IMG/VR virus record: IMGVR_UViG_3300050821_013777
Span: 32,001-96,000 of that record
Length of the DNA stretch: 64,000 nucleotides
Direction: 5' to 3' (one strand)
DNA from: a virus
The stretch's first letter is position 1; each line of letters begins with the position of its first letter. A model generated the notes under the pieces. It was not told the origin of the DNA and did no database searches. It saw only the letters and a list, made by a program, of their open reading frames with translations. The position numbers were made by a program, and so were the translations under genes. This document shows positions 58,170 through 64,000 of this stretch, in pieces.

Positions 58170-59955
58170 TCAAATCGGCTTCGGGGTCGCCTGCGCAGGC
58201 ACACGCTGATGCGGCAGGCACATCTTCTTCTCACCGCCGCACTTCGAGCAGACGCGACGCCCACAGGTCTTTCCTGCAAGACGGCCGCGCAGCTCGAACG
58301 TGCACGTAGATGATGCGAGGTTGGAGCAGCTCCCAGTTTCACACTGGGGCTTGTCGCGCCCGAGATCGCAGACGAAGATCGAGATGCTCATCGAGCCGGC
58401 TTCAGCAGATCAGCGATGGCGTTCTTGACGCTGCTGATCTTCTGCTGCACGCCGAACGCCGCACGCATTCCTTGCAGCTGTGCGAACTTGTAGGCCCACT
58501 GGATCAGGCATGGCGCGGAGCAGAGATCGACACGGAGCATCTCTTCGCCCTTGCTGCCGTAGTGGATGACGGTAAAGCCACCCTGCCGAGCGTTGTTGCA
58601 GTTGCTGCAGACCATCGTCTTTACTCCAGGTGACGAAGATACCGCTCGTGCTCAGGCGCCTGCAACAGCAGATGCAAGGCGAGCATTTCCTCCGCGGCCG
58701 GTACGCTGTAGTCGTGCACGCAATAAGGCTGCTTCTCGTCGATGTCGTAGAGCTGCCGGCGCGTCTGTGCAAGCTGATCGCGTGCGTGCCTCGACGTCAC
58801 GATGTACCGGTGCCCAGTACCCGCCCCTTCAGTCACGAAGGCGTTGCGCTTGCGGAAGTCGTTGCGCTGCTCGTCGTTCAAGAACGCGAACAGCACGTCC
58901 CTCGCGCGCAGCTCCGCCTTCATGAGATCCGGCTCTGGGCAGCCAAGCGTCGGCTTCGCAACAGTCGCGCCCTTGGCAGGAACTTTCGGTAGCGGAGCGG
59001 AGTCCTCCAGATCCCTGTTGGACACAGCCTCCAGCGCGCCGTGCCGAATCTCTTCGATCTTGCCGTCGCTGAACTGCACGAAGTCGACGGTCTGTCGCCC
59101 CGGCTTCAGTGCCTTTACGATGAACTTCTGGACCTTCGGCAGCTCAGTCGACAGGGCGAGGAACCCCTTCGTCAGGTCGTGCTCTGTGTCCTTCGCCCAG
59201 CCCTTCGTCACCGCGTGCGCGAAGAGGCTCTGCAGAACGCGACGCTCTGTCGGCGTCACGTTCTCCCACGAAAGGGTCGTCCCCACTCCCGAGCGTTCCA
59301 GTCTCAGATCCCCGTAGAAGCTGGGGATGTACCACAGTGTCGGCGTCGGTCTTGGCGTGTCCATTCGCGATCTCCTTGCGCAGCGTTTTGATTCGGGTGT
59401 CGATGTCATCTGTCGTCTCGCCGTCGAGTTTCAGCTCTCGGCGCACAGAGATCAGCTCACTCAGCTCGGCGGCTGGTGAGACGTCCCTGCGCTTGGTGGC
59501 CATCTCCTTGAGTGAGTCGATGAGCGTCCGGTACATCTCAGCCTGATCGCCGAAGCCGCGTCCGACCACCTGTCCGATGCCGCCATTCAGGACGATCCCG
59601 CCGTCGGAGTCGGTCAGCGCGTCGTAGTCGCTGAGTCGATTCGCACTGAACAGCTGGAAGTCCGTCGCCTGTCGCGCGATCGACTGGATTGCGCTGAAGC
59701 GTCCGCGCTCCTGCGACTCCGCAGCGCCCTTGATGAGCGCCGCGAAGTCGCTGAGGATGCGCGCGACGATGGTCTCGTCGAGCTTCATCACCTACTGACT
59801 CTGGCAGCCACGTGCGGCCAGACCTCGAAGCAGAGGGCCAGCAGCGCACACGCGAACGTGAGTCGGCCGATCTCGGACGCCTTCGGATTCGCCGCGAAGG
59901 CGTAGAGCAGAAGGCCGAGAACCGCGAGAACGAACAGGGACAGTGTGATGGTCAT
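58170..59955 (-). other. five hypothetical genes (58170-58391 and 58388-58615 zinc fingers; 58621-59364; 59144-59788; 59788-59955 2-TM)
   Basis: Coupled ORFs with phage-like codon usage. Confidence 0.6.
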
Positions 59956-59989
59956 GTGGTGACTCCTTTGGCGCTGATGTAAGGCCGAA

Positions 59990-61924
59990 TCAGACCTTCC
60001 GCCAGTCCGTGGCCACTGCGTGAGTGCCCCCCGGCAGCTCGTAGAGCTTGTAGTCGGCGAAGAGCGTGGGCTCGATGCGCTGCATCGCCAGGAAGATCCG
60101 TGTCGTCACCTCGCGAATCGGCACATCAGCGGCGCCGGCAGCGCGCATCTCACACACGTGCCGGAGCGCCCGAATGTTGCCCGAGAAGACGATGGGCGCC
60201 TCGGTCTCGTTGGGCAAGCAGCTCCGTGCCGCCTGGTTGACCTTCTTGCGCAGCTCCGTCTTCTTCTCGCCCGATAGCATCGGATCGAGGCCCTTCATCT
60301 GCTTCGCCGTGAGGATGCGCGCGATGTTGTTGTACTCGTCAGTCACGGCGTCGATGCGACGCAGGAACATTTGATGTAGCTCCTCGTCGTCCTGGTACTC
60401 AGGGCGCTCGACGAAACGAAGCACGTGTCCGTCGACATAGCGCTGCGACACCTGGGAGAAGGCGACGCCCGTCCGGTGGCGCACCAGCTCGTGCGTGAAG
60501 TCGCGCCCCGCCCCGTAGAGGAGCAGCGTGTACTGTGCGTGCTCCAGAACGGAGTTTCCGCTCCATACCGGAATCCCGTTCCGCCGCACGTATAGCGTGT
60601 TGTTCGGGACCTCTGCGCAGAACACATCACCCTCCCACTCATCGATCCAAGTGGAGCGTCCCACACTCCCACTCCACTTGTTGACTTCCGGCTTCAGCTC
60701 TCGCCGAATGACAGACAGCCTCGTGAGAGGTTTGTCCCCGTACGAAGTCGGACGCTCATCGGGTCCGTATGTGTAGCAAACATTCGCTGCCAGCCCGATA
60801 TGCAAGCACAACTGCTGAAACTGTCCGACGAGCGTCGGGCTTGTCGTGTCGAACGTGTCGCCCGTCGATCCCGCGTGTCCATCGGCCTGCATCAAGCCAC
60901 CGAACAACGCGTGCAGTCCTCGTGCCGACCAGCGTGTAAGGACTCCCGGAGGAATCTGACGCTCGCCGTTTCGCGCGTAGGTCGCAGCGAACATGTCTTG
61001 TAGCCGCGCCGGAAAGCTCACGCTGTACCGATCGTTGTCTGCATCGACGTCCAACGTGAATGTCGAATCGCCCGCACTCAAGCGAATGATGCGATCATGC
61101 AGCCACGCGATCTTCCTTTCGCGACGGAGATGGAAACGCACGCGGTTACCTCCCTCGTACGATCCGTCGCCGATCGCGAAACCGAGCAACGCTGCGACGT
61201 CATCATTCTCGTCGTGTTGAACCGGCTGAGTCCACAAACCGGACTTCGTATACGCGTGTGATCGAGCGCCGATTGTCTCAGCCGGAATCAGCTCAAACGC
61301 AGACTTAGTCCGGCCTTCGCGCGTGGTCGTAAGGCACGCCAGCATCTTGTGATCGGGCGTCACGAGAAGATCGACACCCCGAGCGTCCACACGGTACATG
61401 CGCCCCTTGTGATGATACGAGACGAGCCGTTCGGGACGGTGGTACTCGATCACACCATCCGCTCTGCGCGTCGCCAGCAGATCAGTGTCGATGACACTCG
61501 GCCACGCCTTCCAGCCCGCAGCTGTCAAAACGTCCGTATCGTCGTCATAGCAGCCGTGACCAGACGACAGGATGTTGTTGATGTACTTTTGAGCCTCGTT
61601 GTTCTTCGTGCGGTTGGGCCCGAAGCTCATGTAGCAGAGCTGTCCAGCAGCCTTGATCAGATCGGCGCCAGCCTCGTTGCCTGTTCCGACGTCCTCGTCA
61701 TCGATGTAGCTGTCGAACTGCAGCTCCGCCGGAAACCCGTCGAGGAATCCGTGGAGCTGGTTGACATCGAACCGCGTGCGGGCCAGCAGCACGACGCCCG
61801 GCTGAACGAGATACGCCACCTGGTTCGCGGTGAACTGCGGCGTCGAATCGAAGCCGGGATAGTCCGCCTCGTAGCCGCCAAGCCGCGCGAACACCTCTTT
61901 CGGATCAACTTGCTTCAGGTCCAT
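59990..61924 (-). CDS. thyX: flavin-dependent thymidylate synthase with intein
   Basis: AGQLCYMS, GHG|SVLEH after splicing, HELVRHR...SQVSQRY, ARSCLPN motifs. Confidence 0.95.
   Translation of the reverse strand: MDLKQVDPKEVFARLGGYEADYPGFDSTPQFTANQVAYLVQPGVVLLARTRFDVNQLHGFLDGFPAELQFDSYIDDEDVGTGNEAGADLIKAAGQLCYMSFGPNRTKNNEAQKYINNILSSGHGCYDDDTDVLTAAGWKAWPSVIDTDLLATRRADGVIEYHRPERLVSYHHKGRMYRVDARGVDLLVTPDHKMLACLTTTREGRTKSAFELIPAETIGARSHAYTKSGLWTQPVQHDENDDVAALLGFAIGDGSYEGGNRVRFHLRRERKIAWLHDRIIRLSAGDSTFTLDVDADNDRYSVSFPARLQDMFAATYARNGERQIPPGVLTRWSARGLHALFGGLMQADGHAGSTGDTFDTTSPTLVGQFQQLCLHIGLAANVCYTYGPDERPTSYGDKPLTRLSVIRRELKPEVNKWSGSVGRSTWIDEWEGDVFCAEVPNNTLYVRRNGIPVWSGNSVLEHAQYTLLLYGAGRDFTHELVRHRTGVAFSQVSQRYVDGHVLRFVERPEYQDDEELHQMFLRRIDAVTDEYNNIARILTAKQMKGLDPMLSGEKKTELRKKVNQAARSCLPNETEAPIVFSGNIRALRHVCEMRAAGAADVPIREVTTRIFLAMQRIEPTLFADYKLYELPGGTHAVATDWRKV
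60554..61552 (-). mobile_element. 333-aa intein with LAGLIDADG-type endonuclease domain
   Basis: Starts CYDDDTDVLT; block B VTPDH; LLGFAIGDGS and GLMQADG; ends WSGN followed by Ser. Confidence 0.92.
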
Positions 61925-62095
61925 GTTCTGTCTCCTTGTCTGTCAGTTCGATTTCTGCCCACCCGTACACCCGCTCGTCTTGTCGACTCGGTTAGTTCCC
62001 GAGATGCACCCGCACTGCAAGCACACGTCCGTGCCGCGCAGCTGCCTCGTGTGATTCTGTCGGCGGCGGCACCGTGCAGTTGACGAAGTAGCGGG

Positions 62096-62446
62096 TCACG
62101 ACGCTGCGAGCCACGCCTTCAGTTCGTCGATGCGCTCGAAGACTGGCATCCCGATGCGCTTCGCTTCCTTCAGCTCCCCCTCCGTCCCCTCCGAGCCCTC
62201 CCAGCCCGACACGAGGATGACGGCATCGCAGCGGCGCATCTGCTCCAGCGTGATCGCGTACCACGCCTCGTGGCTTAGCGTTCCAATGAACCAGGCGCCT
62301 GTGTTCGTGTGCGGGATGAGTGGCGCAGCACCGAGCTTGGCGACCTCAAGGCCGACTGCTGCTGCACGATCGATGTTGAGGCGGATCTTGTAGTGATCGT
62401 CGGCCATCAGCGCTCCGGCGACATAAATCATCCGATCTACATTCAC
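62096..62446 (-). CDS. DUF4406/DUF1937-like nucleoside deoxyribosyltransferase-fold protein
   Basis: IYVAGAL, PLIPH, RCDAVILVSGWEGSEG..E motifs. Confidence 0.8.
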   Translation of the reverse strand: MNVDRMIYVAGALMADDHYKIRLNIDRAAAVGLEVAKLGAAPLIPHTNTGAWFIGTLSHEAWYAITLEQMRRCDAVILVSGWEGSEGTEGELKEAKRIGMPVFERIDELKAWLAAS

Positions 62447-63105
62447 GCTTCCACCCCGAGCGCAACCAGCACGTGCTTCCAGATCCGCTCCGTCACCTCC
62501 TCGACCGTCCCGACGCCGTCGACGGTGACCCACTCCTCCGGGTCATCTTCGGCGCCGGCCTCCCACAGCGTCTTGTAGTTCTGTCGAATGACCTTCTGCT
62601 TCTCGCGATCCTTCTCGTAGCGGTCGCGCATGGTGGGACGCCGACGAAGCGCTTCGTCCTCGGGCACGTCGATGAACACGTGCAGGCTCGGGTGCGGCAG
62701 CACCTCTTGCACACGCTGGAGCCAGTGCGCGTCGACTCCGTCAGCCTCGCCGAAGCAGATCGCGCTCGGGGTCCACCGATCGCAGATGACGACGCGCCCG
62801 GCGTAGATGTGCGCCTCGATGTCGAGCGCGGCGTCCATCTTGTCGGCGAGCATCAGGCACTGGAAGGCGAGGGGGTCTTCGGGGGCAGGTGCTTGCCGTG
62901 GTACGAGATGACCATCCATGTTCTCGAACACAGTCAGCATCAGCTCACTGTGCAGATGCCGCCTGATCGCATTGCCCACCGTCGTCTCGTAGCGGGGGAA
63001 CGACAGCACCACCGCGTTGCGGCCGATCGAGTCGAACTTCTCGACTAGGCGCTTCGCCTGCGAGTTCTTCCCTGCTGCATCAAGTCCTTCGAGGCACATC
63101 AGCAT
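62443..63105 (-). CDS. tmk: thymidylate kinase
   Basis: EGLDAAGK P-loop, SFPRY, ICDRW, DRYE. Confidence 0.92.
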   Translation of the reverse strand: MLMCLEGLDAAGKNSQAKRLVEKFDSIGRNAVVLSFPRYETTVGNAIRRHLHSELMLTVFENMDGHLVPRQAPAPEDPLAFQCLMLADKMDAALDIEAHIYAGRVVICDRWTPSAICFGEADGVDAHWLQRVQEVLPHPSLHVFIDVPEDEALRRRPTMRDRYEKDREKQKVIRQNYKTLWEAGAEDDPEEWVTVDGVGTVEEVTERIWKHVLVALGVEA

Positions 63106-63120
63106 TTTCTGCTTCCTTTT

Positions 63121-63921
63121 TTAGCGGGACAGTTTTCGTGTGTAACGCGCGGCCAGAACGTGAACGTCGATCTGCGTGCAGCCCACAGCGTCCTGTGCCT
63201 CGATGTACCCCTCCACGTCAGTGCCTTTCAGGTCAAGGACCCCTGTGCCTGACGAGTTCTTGGCGCTGAACAAGAACTCCGGCTCCAGCGGCCCCTCGAT
63301 GATCATCTGCGCGACGCAGTAGCGGCACGCCCAGTTGGTCTTCTTGTGCTCGGGGCACTCCCAGTCCTGAAGCACGTGCGCGGGGATCGGCGTCACCTCG
63401 CCGCGACGCGCCTGCGCGATCCCCTCCCGCACAGCCTCGGGCAGCACACGGTCTTGCTCTGCCTCGAACCCCTCAGGCATTTCGCGTCCCGACAGGATAT
63501 CCGTCGTCGACATGATCCTGTCGTCCAGCGTCTTGCCCCGCTTGCGGCGGGCAGCCTCGATCAGCTCGATGCGACCGCGCTCCTCTTTGGTCAGCTCGCG
63601 TGACACAGCTTCAACGTACTCTTTGTGTCGCTGCTCCTGCTCCACCTGCAGGCCGCCAATCGTGTTGTGCGCGAGGCAGAACCGATCGATGCCCACGAAG
63701 CACGGCAGGCCTACGCCGCCGCCCGCGAGACTCAGCCGGAGCGCGGTGATCTGCTCGATGCTGAGGCCCTGCGCCTTTGCACCGGTGCAGCCGAGCAGCT
63801 CGATGTCGTGCGCGATCTTGACACCGAGAGTACGGAGCAGCTCCCGGACAGGCTCACCTCCCTCGAACGGCATGTCTTCGATGGGGCGCTCCCCGAGCAA
63901 AGCGGTGGTCTGATCGTCCAT
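63121..63921 (-). CDS. hypothetical protein
   Basis: 266-aa ORF with SD GGAG. Confidence 0.65.
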   Translation of the reverse strand: MDDQTTALLGERPIEDMPFEGGEPVRELLRTLGVKIAHDIELLGCTGAKAQGLSIEQITALRLSLAGGGVGLPCFVGIDRFCLAHNTIGGLQVEQEQRHKEYVEAVSRELTKEERGRIELIEAARRKRGKTLDDRIMSTTDILSGREMPEGFEAEQDRVLPEAVREGIAQARRGEVTPIPAHVLQDWECPEHKKTNWACRYCVAQMIIEGPLEPEFLFSAKNSSGTGVLDLKGTDVEGYIEAQDAVGCTQIDVHVLAARYTRKLSR

Positions 63922-64000
63922 CTATCGTCTCCTCTTTTTGTCACCGTAGCTGCCACTCGGCAGCTTGCGGCTGTGGTACGAGTGCGTATGCTCGATCGGC

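Noticed and set aside
1-64000. tRNA, rRNA, CRISPR array, IS transposase
   Set aside because: None recognised by eye; tRNAscan and cmscan were not run.

Overview
This window is a GC-rich (roughly 65%, judged by eye) segment of a bacterial virus genome with no host housekeeping genes. No HK97 capsid, portal, terminase or tail-tube genes are recognisable. The left end instead looks like the virion module of a tailless, membrane-containing single-jelly-roll virus: two putative beta-rich capsid proteins of about 262 and 164 aa, a penton-like protein, an SLT transglycosylase and many small membrane proteins. That assignment is inferred, not confirmed. The larger capsid gene is split near its 3' end by a clear 305-nt ORF-less group I intron and is followed by a free-standing antisense LAGLIDADG endonuclease. 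Two arrays of small paralogous genes are the most unusual features. The first (10.4-14.8 kb) has about 12 genes sharing a DEGxTW(I/V)RGW...(A)LLAAxxL motif. The second (51.2-56.6 kb) has about 19 tiny basic, Cys-containing genes, many ending in a hydrophobic-x-G-poly(Arg/Lys) tail that also occurs on putative virion proteins elsewhere. Also present are a tyrosine recombinase with a zinc-finger insert, a ParB-like protein, a GH25 lysozyme, two HNH endonucleases and a Dam-type methylase. Three collagen-like fibre proteins (up to about 2020 aa) sit beside glycosyltransferase, methyltransferase and amino-sugar genes, and a thyX (with intein)/tmk cluster lies at the right end. Most transcription units start from apparently leaderless sigma70-like promoters.
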